Shown here: one piece after another, positions 7,398 through 17,798 of the stretch
Layout of the letters: each line of letters opens with the position of its first letter
How positions within the stretch are numbered: the stretch's first letter is position 1
Source of the DNA: Clostridia bacterium
GTDB lineage: Bacteria; Bacillota; Clostridia; Oscillospirales; CAG-272
Assembly: GCA_017462605.1 (NCBI GenBank)
Contig: JAFTQV010000061.1
Span: 24,262-88,261, forward strand
Direction of reading: 5' to 3'
DNA: 64,000 nucleotides
The notes under the pieces: model-generated
What the model saw: the letters and a program-made list of their open reading frames with translations, nothing else
Told to the model about the DNA's origin: nothing
The model's database searches: none
Program-made: the position numbers and the translations under genes

Positions 7398-9911
7398 TTA
7401 GTTACCTAAGTTTCCCATATTACCGTAGTATGGGGGCGTTACGGTGTCGCTGTAAGCGCTGCCCATACGGTATATCTGAAGCTCGGTAAACTTAATGTTA
7501 GCAAAATTGTCAAAAATCTTAATATAGTCAGAGTCGCCGTACTTAGGATAAATTCTCGTTGTAAAGCTGATGACTCCGTCAACGTAGACCTCAAGCATAG
7601 AGCGGTCCATAAGTATCGTTACTTCGTATTCCTTCTTGACGTTGCCCCAGGTATGGCTCGGCTGGCGAACAACGTAATCGAGCATGCTTGACTGGTTTCT
7701 TTCAATAAGAACTCCGTCGTGAGTAAACCTTATCTCGGTCTTCTCCGTCATTCCGTCCTTGCCGTTGGGGTTATATCTCAAGTAGAAGCCGCCCGCATAG
7801 AGAGGATTATTGGGATCAAGAGTTATCTTAGCTCTGATCTCAAGCATATCGCCGCGGATATCGGAGATCTCAGCGTTGACCTCATCTGCGCCGATGCCCT
7901 CTCCCTCGTAGGAATAGAGGGTTTCCTTTCTCAAGCTCTCGATCTCCTTGATAGGCTCGCGGATAACCTCGGTGCCGTCATCGGAGAGCCAAAGCTCAAG
8001 CGGAATTGCAAAGTTGTGCGCCCAGCCTGCGGTCGCGTTCTGCGCTGTGCCCGCATCCTTACCCTGAGCGATAGCGTAAATAATAGTTCTTCCGTCCTCG
8101 TAATCGGTCCTTCCTGCGGCAATATCCTCTTCGGTAAGGAAGCAGAAGCCGTTCTGACCCGTATATACGCCTCTTCCGAGGTCGAAGAGCTTGGGCTTAT
8201 CGTCATCTGCGATAAACCTGCAGGTGTTCTTATCAAACGTTCCTATCCAGTAGTAGCACTCAACGGTGTATCCGTCTACGGTGTACTGAGGGCAGTCAAA
8301 TAAAACGTATTTCGTCTCAGAGCCGTCCTTGGTGCTTATGGGAAGCATAACAACGCACTCCCAGTGAGCGCCCTGCTCGGGATAGAGTCCGTAATCGCAC
8401 TGATAGAGGTATCCTCTGTGATTCCACTCTCTCATATTCTCCGAGGTGTAGATAACGGCAGAGCCGCCCGCATCGGGAATAGAGGTGGAGACCATCATGT
8501 AATAAACGCCGTCGTCATACCAGACGAAGGGATCGCGGAACTGCTCTCTTTCGCCCTGCGAATTATCGCTCGGCTGAGTGATGACGAGCTTATCCTCGAC
8601 CACCCACTCGGAAAGATAGGGATCGTTTGGATCCTTTGCGTGAGCAAAGGCTATATTCTGACCCGTCCAGGTCGTAGTGTTGGTTCCTGCTGTTATCGCA
8701 AGCCAGGGCGTTCCGTCAGGTCCTATGCAGGCGCCGCCCGTCCATATACCCTCGGGGCATATTCCCTTAGTGGGAACGACCGCATCCTTGACGTACTCCC
8801 AATGCACCATATCCTTACTTGCTATATGCGCCCAGCGGATCTGAGACCAATAAGGTCCTGCGGGGTTGTGCTGATAGAATACGTGATACATACCCTTGTA
8901 GTAAAAGGGAGAGTGAGGCTCGTTCATCCATACCGCAGGGGGTATCGCGTGATACTGGGGACGGTAGCGGTCGCCCTCGTAAACAGAGGAATCGAGCGCG
9001 ATATCCTTCCAGTCAAGCGCAGGATGAGCCTCGGTAGAGTCGGTATCGCCGTAAATATCGGCGATCTCTTTCGGAGCTAAGCTCTCGGAATAGATGCTTA
9101 CTTCATCAAGAAGCCCCGAGATCATCTGCCTTTTAATACCGAATTCGATCTGGGGGCTGACGTAGCAGCCGATACGCAGAGGCTCTTCGGTGGAAATGAT
9201 CTCCGTTGAAACAAGCTCGGGAATAAGCGCCTCGTAAGCGCGCTCTCCGTTATAGAAAAGACCGATATATCCCGTATCTCCGTCAAACGTTACCGCAACG
9301 TGCGACCACTCGTAAAGAGGAAGCGCGTTGATCGGATCGTAGAAGCCGACAACGAAGTCCTCGCCGGTCTCCTCATTGTGCAGAGCCAACTGAACGCCCC
9401 AGAGTCCGAGCCTTCCGTATCCGAGAAGGAAGCCCTCGCACATTTCGATATCACCCTTATTGATGATAGAGGTCATTCTGGTGTGACCCGCGGCATCGGA
9501 TGCGCCGTCGTAATAAACAATGTTTTCAAAAACTCTCGGAGCTACCCATGCGGACATCGTTATCGCGGAAGAGGGAGCCACGAAATCCTTATTTATGATA
9601 TTGTTTGAAAATCCGTCCATATATAAGGAGTTACCCTTTACGCCGGGTCTTCTTAAGGGATCGTTAGGTTCTTTGAAAAGGTTCTCTGCGTTTTCTTCGT
9701 TGAATACGTAGTTTATCTTGTAATCCTTTTCGCTAACCGTTTCCTTTGCTAAGCTGCCGTCCTGCTCATCGAGAGGGTAATGCAAAACAAGACTGCTTTC
9801 TTCCTCTACTTCATCATCGGGAGTGGTATCGTTATTCTTACCGCATCCCGCTAATGCGCAAACCAGCATGATCAAGGTCAATAATAATGCTATCAGTTTG
9901 TATTTCTTCAT
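7398..9911 (-). CDS. GH32 family fructan hydrolase lipoprotein with an N-terminal LamG/concanavalin-like domain
   Basis: Lipobox LVCALAGC. GH32 blocks are WMNEPHSPFYYKGMYHVFYQHNP, FRDPFVWY (RDP) and HWECVVML (EC). The N-terminal ~280 aa resemble a LamG-type jelly roll (NSLYMDGFSNN...MSAWVAPR). Confidence 0.85.
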   Translation of the reverse strand: MKKYKLIALLLTLIMLVCALAGCGKNNDTTPDDEVEEESSLVLHYPLDEQDGSLAKETVSEKDYKINYVFNEENAENLFKEPNDPLRRPGVKGNSLYMDGFSNNIINKDFVAPSSAITMSAWVAPRVFENIVYYDGASDAAGHTRMTSIINKGDIEMCEGFLLGYGRLGLWGVQLALHNEETGEDFVVGFYDPINALPLYEWSHVAVTFDGDTGYIGLFYNGERAYEALIPELVSTEIISTEEPLRIGCYVSPQIEFGIKRQMISGLLDEVSIYSESLAPKEIADIYGDTDSTEAHPALDWKDIALDSSVYEGDRYRPQYHAIPPAVWMNEPHSPFYYKGMYHVFYQHNPAGPYWSQIRWAHIASKDMVHWEYVKDAVVPTKGICPEGIWTGGACIGPDGTPWLAITAGTNTTTWTGQNIAFAHAKDPNDPYLSEWVVEDKLVITQPSDNSQGEREQFRDPFVWYDDGVYYMMVSTSIPDAGGSAVIYTSENMREWNHRGYLYQCDYGLYPEQGAHWECVVMLPISTKDGSETKYVLFDCPQYTVDGYTVECYYWIGTFDKNTCRFIADDDKPKLFDLGRGVYTGQNGFCFLTEEDIAAGRTDYEDGRTIIYAIAQGKDAGTAQNATAGWAHNFAIPLELWLSDDGTEVIREPIKEIESLRKETLYSYEGEGIGADEVNAEISDIRGDMLEIRAKITLDPNNPLYAGGFYLRYNPNGKDGMTEKTEIRFTHDGVLIERNQSSMLDYVVRQPSHTWGNVKKEYEVTILMDRSMLEVYVDGVISFTTRIYPKYGDSDYIKIFDNFANIKFTELQIYRMGSAYSDTVTPPYYGNMGNLGN

Positions 9912-9917
9912 AAGTCC

Positions 9918-10835
9918 TCACATCTTAAGCCCGGACGTACCGAAGCCTTGTACAATGTATTTTTGTGCCGCAACGTAAATTACGAAAATCGGTATACTCG
10001 TGATTACCAGCGATGCCATTATCTCACCCGTGGTAATGCTCTCTATACTCTTTATTGTGATAAGCGCCGTTTGTATCGGTAATAGCGGCCAGGAACCGTC
10101 ATCAGCTGAGGGCAATATCATTGCCGGCCAGAGATAATCGTTCCACACACCGATAAAGCAGAATACCGCGACCGTCGCAAGTATGGGCTTAGACAAGGGC
10201 ATAATGACCTTGAAAAATACGCCGAGCGTGCTTGCTCCGTCCATGCGCGCGGCTTCCTCGTATTCCTTCGGAATATTCTGGAAGAATTGCATAAAGAGAA
10301 ATATATTGAATATGCTTATCGCCGCCGGCAGTATTACGCCGATAACGGTCATCTGCTGCTTTAATCCAAGCATGACCTTAACGATAGAATAAAGCGGTAT
10401 GATAGACGTTTCCACAGGTACTACTATCAGGAAAATTATCATAAACGAGAGCAGCCTTTTGCCGGGGAAGGTAAGCTTAGCCATAGCGTAGCCCGCAAGT
10501 CCGTTTATAAGTATATTAAGCACTATAACGACTGCCGCGTATATAAAGCTGTTCAGGGCGTATTTCCAGATGTCGTAATCAAGCAAAACGCTTTTGTAGT
10601 TTTCAAATGCTACCGCCGAGGATGCGAAATCGGGCAAGAACATATTGATAGTTCCTATGCTTTCCGCATAAGCTACCTCGCCCTTGGTGGACGTTGCGAG
10701 CATATAAAGTATCGGAAGCACGAATATCAAGGATAAAACTATTCCGATAACGTGATAAACGATCTCGCCGACGGTTTTTTTGACGGGTGTTTTATTAGGC
10801 CTGAAGTTAGGCATATCCATTAATTTTTTATCCAT
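9918..10835 (-). CDS. CUT1-family ABC sugar permease (MalG-like)
   Basis: Six predicted TM stretches and the EAA loop EEAARMDGASTLGVFFKVIMPLSKP. It lies adjacent to the partner permease. Confidence 0.9.
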   Translation of the reverse strand: MDKKLMDMPNFRPNKTPVKKTVGEIVYHVIGIVLSLIFVLPILYMLATSTKGEVAYAESIGTINMFLPDFASSAVAFENYKSVLLDYDIWKYALNSFIYAAVVIVLNILINGLAGYAMAKLTFPGKRLLSFMIIFLIVVPVETSIIPLYSIVKVMLGLKQQMTVIGVILPAAISIFNIFLFMQFFQNIPKEYEEAARMDGASTLGVFFKVIMPLSKPILATVAVFCFIGVWNDYLWPAMILPSADDGSWPLLPIQTALITIKSIESITTGEIMASLVITSIPIFVIYVAAQKYIVQGFGTSGLKM

Positions 10836-10836
10836 A

Positions 10837-11808
10837 TCACTTCTCCCTGAAAGCTCTGCGCTGAATAAGCGTTATACCGCCTATAAATATCGTCATAAGC
10901 AGCGCCACCGCAGAGGATTCTCCAACAAGTCTTTCGGTATAACCGCTGTTATACATATAATAAGACAGCGTTACCGTATGGCTCATATATCCCGTCATAA
11001 GCATCGGCTGAGTCAGAATTCTGCACGCGCCGATAAATACGGTTATAAGTATGTAAACGAAGGTTGAGCGCAAGCCCGGCCAGGTAACAAGCCAGAACTT
11101 ATGCCAGCGGTTTGCTCCGTCAAGCGAGGCTGCCTCGTAAAGATCGTTGCGTATATTCGAAAGACCCGAAAGGAATATCAGCATCTGATATCCGCAGCCC
11201 TGCCATGCGCTGAGCAGGATTATGCAAGGCATTGCGGTTTTGGGATCTCTCAGCCAGTCGTGCGGCGGTATGCCGAATACGCTGAGCATTGAGTTTAAAA
11301 GTCCCCCCTCGCCCGAGGCTAAGATCTGCTCCCAGAGAAAGGCTGTGATCGAAAGCGAAATTACCACGGGCGCAAAGAAGCAGACCTTGAATATCTTGCT
11401 GCCGAAGCCGGGTCGGTTTACAAAAAGCGCAAGCAGAAGCGCAAGCATTATCTGCAACGGAACGACTCCGATGACGAAGGTGGCTGTATTCTTTATCGCG
11501 TTGTAAAGCATTCCCTTTTCCGCAATTTCCCGGAAAAGATCTTTAAAATTATCAAGAAAGGTGAAATTGATCTTATTAGGCTCAAGCAAATAATAATCGG
11601 TAAAAGCGTAGCCAAGCGAATATAATATCGGTAATAATATAAACAGGAAGGCGAGCGCTACCGAGGGCAAGAGCATAAGATACGCCGTCGCCGAGGACTT
11701 CACCCTGTAAACCTCCTTGCGCCTCTTCGCGGTGGCAAGGTCATATGCGACGAAGCCGCCGAAGGCCAAAAGGAATAGTATGAAAATAATTATTGTTGAT
11801 GTAATCAT
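10837..11808 (-). CDS. CUT1-family ABC sugar permease (MalF-like)
   Basis: Polytopic membrane protein with the EAA loop YEAASLDGANRWHKFWLVTWPGLR. A 1-nt gap separates it from the next permease. Confidence 0.9.
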   Translation of the reverse strand: MITSTIIIFILFLLAFGGFVAYDLATAKRRKEVYRVKSSATAYLMLLPSVALAFLFILLPILYSLGYAFTDYYLLEPNKINFTFLDNFKDLFREIAEKGMLYNAIKNTATFVIGVVPLQIMLALLLALFVNRPGFGSKIFKVCFFAPVVISLSITAFLWEQILASGEGGLLNSMLSVFGIPPHDWLRDPKTAMPCIILLSAWQGCGYQMLIFLSGLSNIRNDLYEAASLDGANRWHKFWLVTWPGLRSTFVYILITVFIGACRILTQPMLMTGYMSHTVTLSYYMYNSGYTERLVGESSAVALLMTIFIGGITLIQRRAFREK

Positions 11809-11834
11809 TTTTCTTTTTCCGGCTTAAAAGATTT

Positions 11835-13157
11835 TTATTGACGGTCTTTTATCTTGTCGATCGCATCCTGAAGAGTAGTCGTTGCTCTGTTCAGAAGATC
11901 GGAAACCTCTGAATTGTTAAGTCCGAATATTACCTGGTTGAAGGTGATGGAGAAGGTGGGATAAGCAACCGTTACGGGGCGCTCCTCGCCGCTAAGCTCA
12001 AGCTGCTTCAAGAGAGTGTACTCGGGAGATCCCACAGCATAATCCTTAACTGCGTCCTTGCGGGCGGGGATCATACCTGTCGCATCGGTTATAGCTCTCG
12101 AGCTTTCAGCCGAGGTCATCCACTTAAGAAGCTCAACGATAGCGGTCTTATCCGCGTGGTGGTTATTGGTGATCGCGTAGGACCAGCTTCCCGTAGCGCT
12201 TGCCGCGTTTACGTCCTTGGGATAAGGAAGAAGTCCCCAATCGTCACGCGAAGCGAAGCTCTCTCTGTACTTATTGTCAAGATCGGGAATAGTCCAGCCC
12301 GAGGAAAGATACATACCGACCTTGCCTGTGAAGAAGTCTGTCGCACCGATAGAATAAGAGGTGTAGCCCTCTTTGATAAGGTCCTTGATAAACTGGAAGC
12401 CCTTTGCGGTCGCGGCGGAATTGTAATAACCGTCTGCGGTGTAGCCGTCCTCTGAGACGAAGGTGCCGCCTGCCGCGTAAATAAAGGGATAAAGAAGATA
12501 AGGAGCGGTCTCGTCCTTTGTAGCGTCGATACGCATATCTACCGCGGTAACGCCGTGAGCCTCAAGCCTTGCGCAAACGTCCTTGAACTGCGCGAAGGTC
12601 CAGGGATTTTCAGCGGTAAAGCCGCTGACGTCGATACTTGCCGCGCGGAATATCTTCTTGTTGTAGAAAAATCCTGCGCTGGATTCCTGAATGGGCAAGC
12701 CGTAAAGCTTTCCGTCGTACATATTAAGCGAGAAGAACTTATCCTGATCCTCCTTCGGGATAAGCTCGCTTATATCGTAAAGCAAGCCCGAATTTGCGTA
12801 TGCCGCAGTATTGGGAGCATCGAAGGTGATAATATCGGCAAGAGTACCGTCAAGCTTATTATTCTGAAGCTCGGTCTCGTAGCCCGAAGCGCCTGCGCTG
12901 CGCGCCTTGAATATAGCCTGAGCCTTGATGCCCTTGTCCTTATATTCCGCATTGAAGGCGTTGATCCTCTTCTGATAAGCCTGACCCTCGGTCGAGGACT
13001 TGTCAACGTGGAACATTATCTTAACGATAGTGTTTCCCTCAGAGTCGGTGGGAAGATCCTCGTTTCCGACTTCACCGCCTCCGTTGCACGCTACCATGCC
13101 AAGCGACATTACAAGTATAAGCATGAGCGCAATAATAGAAGTTAAAAATCTTTTCAT
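11835..13157 (-). CDS. Extracellular solute-binding lipoprotein (family 1) of the sugar ABC importer
   Basis: Lipobox SLGMVACNGG, a length of 440 aa, and sequence that reads like a family-1 sugar-binding protein to my eye. It is the first gene of the transporter block. Confidence 0.85.
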   Translation of the reverse strand: MKRFLTSIIALMLILVMSLGMVACNGGGEVGNEDLPTDSEGNTIVKIMFHVDKSSTEGQAYQKRINAFNAEYKDKGIKAQAIFKARSAGASGYETELQNNKLDGTLADIITFDAPNTAAYANSGLLYDISELIPKEDQDKFFSLNMYDGKLYGLPIQESSAGFFYNKKIFRAASIDVSGFTAENPWTFAQFKDVCARLEAHGVTAVDMRIDATKDETAPYLLYPFIYAAGGTFVSEDGYTADGYYNSAATAKGFQFIKDLIKEGYTSYSIGATDFFTGKVGMYLSSGWTIPDLDNKYRESFASRDDWGLLPYPKDVNAASATGSWSYAITNNHHADKTAIVELLKWMTSAESSRAITDATGMIPARKDAVKDYAVGSPEYTLLKQLELSGEERPVTVAYPTFSITFNQVIFGLNNSEVSDLLNRATTTLQDAIDKIKDRQ

Positions 13158-13207
13158 AACCTTCTCCTTTAATAAGCATTTGATTATATTTATGTTTAAT
13201 AATTATA

Positions 13208-14176
13208 TCACTTAGTTGTCGCGCCGAGGACGAATTTCGTTTTAAGTACGGTCCTCGCGGGGGTCTCTTCACCGTGTATTTTTTTGACGAGAAGCCTTAC
13301 GACCTGCCTTGCCATTTCCTCAATAGGCTGCTCAACGCTGGTCATATTAATAGCTCCCCATTGCCTGAAAATGCCGTCATAGGAAACTATCTCTACGTCA
13401 TCGGGGATCCTCTTACCGAGCGCCGTCATCTCATCGTAAAAGACCTGTGAGAGCGTATATCCCGAGACGAAAACTCCGTCAACGTCTGAATACTGCTTGA
13501 TGAAGTCCGATACAACTGCGGCCTCCTCGCCGTGCTGCATGACCTCATTTACCATACGGAGCGGCATACCGTATTCCTGCATGGCGTCAACGTATGCCCT
13601 CGCCCTCTCCGAGACCTCGGATTCAACGAGAGGCTTTGAGCCGAGAAATCCGACTTTTTTTGCGCCGCCTTCTATCATATATTTTATCGCGTTTTTCGTT
13701 GCGTCGTAATTGTCGCTCGTCACGTATGGAATATTCTCGCCGAAGTTTCTGTCTATCGAAACGATAGGGCAGCCCTTGAGGCTTTCCTCCTCGTGCATAT
13801 AGTGAGTGACGAATACCGCTCCGTCAACCTCTCTGTGAGCGATCTTTTTTATTATCGCGGCTTCCTTATCAACGTTTTGCTGAGATGAGACAAGGATGAC
13901 CGAATATCCGAATCTTGTTGCCTCATCTTCAACGTAATAAGCCAGCTTCGCGAAGAACGGGTGATTTATGACAGGTACCAATAACGCAATGATCCTTGTC
14001 TCGTTTTTTCTGAACTGAAACGCCATATTGTTTCTCGAGTAATTGAGAGCCTCTATTGCCTCGAGAACCTTTTGCCTCGTCTTTTCACCGACCGCCTTTT
14101 CGTTGTTTATAACTCTTGAGACGGTTCCTACTCCGACTCCGGCATATTTTGCTACGTCCTTGATCGTCGCTTCCAT
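13208..14176 (-). CDS. LacI/GalR-family transcriptional regulator
   Basis: N-terminal HTH MEATIKDVAKYAGVGVGTVSRVINN followed by a periplasmic-binding-protein fold. I prefer the ATG at 14174-14176 (RBS GGGAGGA) over the track start at 14200. Confidence 0.9.
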   Translation of the reverse strand: MEATIKDVAKYAGVGVGTVSRVINNEKAVGEKTRQKVLEAIEALNYSRNNMAFQFRKNETRIIALLVPVINHPFFAKLAYYVEDEATRFGYSVILVSSQQNVDKEAAIIKKIAHREVDGAVFVTHYMHEEESLKGCPIVSIDRNFGENIPYVTSDNYDATKNAIKYMIEGGAKKVGFLGSKPLVESEVSERARAYVDAMQEYGMPLRMVNEVMQHGEEAAVVSDFIKQYSDVDGVFVSGYTLSQVFYDEMTALGKRIPDDVEIVSYDGIFRQWGAINMTSVEQPIEEMARQVVRLLVKKIHGEETPARTVLKTKFVLGATTK

Positions 14177-14249
14177 TTTTCCTCCCGATATGTTTGGCAT
14201 AGGGGCGCTTTTTGTCGAGCGCGCCCCAAAATGAACTCAAAATGGGATA

Positions 14250-17200
14250 TTAAACTACCGTTACCGTAACGGTTTTTCCGTTTATAACGATTACGTTATT
14301 CTCTTCCGTCAGAAGCTCCTTGCCGATGGTCAGCATAAGATTTTCAACCGTATACTGATCCGCGGTGAGAGTCTTACCGTTGACGCTTACCGACTCTACC
14401 TTAACGTTTCCTAAGTAGATTACCGCATTGCATCCCGCCTCGACCTCAATATCCTTAAGGACGGTCTCTGTTACTGCGGTGACGTCTACCGTGAATTCAT
14501 AAGCGCTCGATGCACCTGCCGCGCGGAAGGTATACTTTCCAACGGGTAAAAGCTCAAAATACGAAGCGTTTATTACAAGATTTCTGCCGTTGCTCGTATA
14601 GAATGCGCTGTCGACCTCTGTATTGGTCATGGTCTTATTGATAAGAGAGGTGATAAACTGCTTCGAGTCGCCGACGACGGTGAGATCGCCGGTTCCGTTA
14701 TAAGAATACTGATCCTCGAAGTTTACTACCGACTTGAAGGTCGCCTTACCCGAGTAAACGTTGAGTCCGAGAAGACCTTCCTTCGGCTCGTTTTCCGAAA
14801 GCGCAGTATCAATAGCAAGATTGCCGTTGATATAAGCCTTGACCGAGCTGCCCTTAGCCTCTATTCTTAAAACAACGTTTGCCGTGTCAACACCGGGTGC
14901 TGCAGCCCTTCCGATCTCTCCTCTCGGAGACCACATTTTTACTATCTTTTCGTTATTGTCGTAGTTGAAGATTATATAATCGCTCATATCCTCGGTCGCT
15001 CTGAAGATAAGCGCAGCCGCGATAGCCTCAAGCGAGAAGGTTGCCGAGCAGTTGAAATCCGAAACGCTCTTATCGGATAAGATATATCCGTCTCCCGAGG
15101 GAGTAGTGGCGATTATCTCCGAGCCGTTTGCTATCCAGCTGCCGGAGATGATACCGTCCGAAGTGAAGTTTATATCGGAGTCTGGCGAGCCGCTGTGGAC
15201 TGTCACCTCGATTATTCTCTTCTGGTTTCCGCACTTTACAGCAACCTGAGCCTTGCCCGCTCCGAGAGCCTTAAGTACGGCTCCGCCCGAGGTCTTTTCA
15301 AGCGCAACGTATTCCTTACCGCTGACGATCTCCCAGGTGATATCCTCGCCCGAGGTGGAATATGCGGTCATAAGCTTTTCCTTGGTAATGGAAGTATCAA
15401 GCTCTGCCGCCTCGCCGCTGACGTAAAGAACGGTCTCACCTTCAACGGCTTCTCCCGTACGCCAAGTCGATGCGATCTCATTAAGCACGAGGCTTTCGAC
15501 CGTCACCTCACCGTCTGCGGAGAACTCCGCGTTTACAGAGTAGGGCGATGCGAGCGTCAATACGTAGAAGGGGATCTTGAAGTCATCGCAGAAGACCTCA
15601 ACGCCGCCGTTATCCGAAAGGATATAGAAATCCTGCGAGCCCATATCGCGAGGACCCGAGGTGAATTTGAAATGATAATCTCTGATGCTGAGACCTGCGG
15701 AAGATGTGTACCTGCGGTCTACGTAGTAGCCGTCTTCCTTATTCCAGCCGATCTCGGTATACTCATCCGCGCTTACGTTGATCCTGATCGAGATAGGCTT
15801 ATTCTCGGGGTTATTTACCTTAAGGAGCATTTCAAATACGTGCGTATTAACGTCCTTAAGAATGTTTTCGCTTGACTCGTTTACCTTCTTATCGGTCACG
15901 GTAAGAAGATTATCCTTTGTGAATGCCGTGCTGTCCTTAACGATAGGAGTCTGGGTGAGGATATAGCCCTCGCCCTCGGTAGCAAGTCCCAAGACTACAG
16001 GGATAGTCATACCGCTTCCGTTCCATATCTTTCTTGCGTTTGCGTAAATACCGCTATCGGTATCGGCAGGTACGCCGGCAAACCAGCTGATAGATACCGT
16101 CTTTCCGAAGTAATCGCTCTCGGTATCTCTTATGCTGAAGGTCTGAGTCGCATATGAATCGGGGCCGAAGTCCATCTTCTGAATATCGCCCTGATCGATC
16201 GCGCCGCCGTCCTTATCGGTGAATACGATGCTATTGCCGTCGTAATTCAATTTACCTACTATGTATTCTCTTGCGGTCAGGGTAAGCACGTTGTAGATCT
16301 TGCCGTCATCAGCCGTAAGCGTAACAACGTCGGGGCACTCGGGCACGTTTGCGCTGAACTGACCCGCATAGGACCAATCAAGAAGGTTTGTCGATTTCAT
16401 AAACCATACCTTGTTTTCCTGCTGACCTGTGACGACCATACCCCAAGCGGTGGTCTTACCGTCCTTAACCTCTACGGGGAATACCTTCGGGTCACGGCAG
16501 GCAACCTTGTGGAAAATGCCGTCAGCGCCCGTCGCCACGTCCTGGGGAATAAGCTTGCGCTTCGTCCAGGTCATACCGCCGTCATCGCTTGACATGATCA
16601 TCTGATCCTGCCTTCCGCCGTCACGGGTATAGAAGGCTATGATTCCGTTGCCCTCTCCGTTCGGGAACCAATTCAGAGCGTCAATATCCGCGCTGTCTCC
16701 CACTCTGTACTCATAAGCCGAGCCCGACCACATATAGCCTGCTCCCTCGCCCCAATCCTCATCGGGGAAAAGGCAGATAGGAAGAAGCTCCCAGTGAGCG
16801 AGGTCCTTACTTCTCGCGTGGCCCCAGTACATATCGCCCCAATAATTGTTGAAGGGGTGGTGCTGATAATATACGTGGTAGTAGCCGTCAAAATAGATAA
16901 GACCGTTGGGGTCGTTATTCCAATGCGCGTACTGCGAGAAATGATACTGGTTACGGTATAATTCGGTGTAATAGGAATAATCGCTCTTGCCGTAGTAAAT
17001 ATCGTCAAAGCGGATCTTCGAATTAAAGCAGTTGAAGCCGATATTACCGCCCTTGTAGGTTACGCCCTCGGGCAGAGTCGTCAATTCGTTGAGGTTTATC
17101 TTGTTGTCAATACCGAATCTTCTGATATTGTCTGCGTAAAACTCTGCGTAAACTCCGTCTTCCTCGGGGGTGATAACTACCTTGAGCTGAACTCTTTCTA

Positions 17201-17780
17201 TTCCGGCGACCTTAGGCTCAACGAGTCTCTTTTCGCTATCGGTCATCTTATCGTTGCCGATGAAATAGTCGGTCATAAGCTCAAACGCGGTCGTTCTGCC
17301 TTCAAAAACGGTAAAATAAAGAAGCTTGACGCGGTTTGCCGCTCTGTCTACGTTGAATACCCAATAGCGGGTGTCCTTCTCGCCGCCGAAGGCAAGACCC
17401 GCAGCAACGCCGTTTTCAAAAGTAACCGCCGCGGTATAGACGAATTTTTCATCGCCGCCGTAGCTGACGTCGGAAAGCGTGAAACTATCGCCGCTGCTCT
17501 CCATATTGACAGCGCCCTGCGTGGGCTCATACTCTTCCTTATCGGTGAAGGTAGGACCTTCGCCATCTGTGCCCTCTTCATTATTATCGCCGGAGTCGCC
17601 GCCTTCGGTATTGCCGCCGTCCTCGGTGTTGCCGCCGTCCTCCGTACCGGTATCGGTCGAGGTGTCCTTATCGCTCACGTCTGTGTCAGTGTCCTTGGTG
17701 TTACAGCCCGCGAGGACTGCGATCAGCATACTGACAATGAGAGCCAAAGCTAAAATTGATTTGAGTTTGATTAATTTCAT
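14250..17780 (-). CDS. Large multidomain GH32 fructan hydrolase lipoprotein (GH32 core plus Ig-like and lectin-like modules)
   Basis: Lipobox AVLAGC followed by an acidic T/D/G-rich linker. GH32 blocks are HWNNDPNGLIYFDGYYHVYYQHHP, CRDPKVFP and PECPDVV. A Big_2-like stretch (AQVAVKCGNQKRIIEVTVH) and further beta-sandwich regions lie C-terminal. Confidence 0.85.
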   Translation of the reverse strand: MKLIKLKSILALALIVSMLIAVLAGCNTKDTDTDVSDKDTSTDTGTEDGGNTEDGGNTEGGDSGDNNEEGTDGEGPTFTDKEEYEPTQGAVNMESSGDSFTLSDVSYGGDEKFVYTAAVTFENGVAAGLAFGGEKDTRYWVFNVDRAANRVKLLYFTVFEGRTTAFELMTDYFIGNDKMTDSEKRLVEPKVAGIERVQLKVVITPEEDGVYAEFYADNIRRFGIDNKINLNELTTLPEGVTYKGGNIGFNCFNSKIRFDDIYYGKSDYSYYTELYRNQYHFSQYAHWNNDPNGLIYFDGYYHVYYQHHPFNNYWGDMYWGHARSKDLAHWELLPICLFPDEDWGEGAGYMWSGSAYEYRVGDSADIDALNWFPNGEGNGIIAFYTRDGGRQDQMIMSSDDGGMTWTKRKLIPQDVATGADGIFHKVACRDPKVFPVEVKDGKTTAWGMVVTGQQENKVWFMKSTNLLDWSYAGQFSANVPECPDVVTLTADDGKIYNVLTLTAREYIVGKLNYDGNSIVFTDKDGGAIDQGDIQKMDFGPDSYATQTFSIRDTESDYFGKTVSISWFAGVPADTDSGIYANARKIWNGSGMTIPVVLGLATEGEGYILTQTPIVKDSTAFTKDNLLTVTDKKVNESSENILKDVNTHVFEMLLKVNNPENKPISIRINVSADEYTEIGWNKEDGYYVDRRYTSSAGLSIRDYHFKFTSGPRDMGSQDFYILSDNGGVEVFCDDFKIPFYVLTLASPYSVNAEFSADGEVTVESLVLNEIASTWRTGEAVEGETVLYVSGEAAELDTSITKEKLMTAYSTSGEDITWEIVSGKEYVALEKTSGGAVLKALGAGKAQVAVKCGNQKRIIEVTVHSGSPDSDINFTSDGIISGSWIANGSEIIATTPSGDGYILSDKSVSDFNCSATFSLEAIAAALIFRATEDMSDYIIFNYDNNEKIVKMWSPRGEIGRAAAPGVDTANVVLRIEAKGSSVKAYINGNLAIDTALSENEPKEGLLGLNVYSGKATFKSVVNFEDQYSYNGTGDLTVVGDSKQFITSLINKTMTNTEVDSAFYTSNGRNLVINASYFELLPVGKYTFRAAGASSAYEFTVDVTAVTETVLKDIEVEAGCNAVIYLGNVKVESVSVNGKTLTADQYTVENLMLTIGKELLTEENNVIVINGKTVTVTVV

Positions 17781-17798
17781 AGTTCTATCTCCATTGCA

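Noticed and set aside
14202-14227. GGGGCGC...GCGCCCC hairpin between the large GH32 gene and the LacI gene as a terminator
   Set aside because: No U-tract follows it on the minus (transcribed) strand. It may be a stabilising stem or a weak pause site, but it is not a canonical intrinsic terminator.
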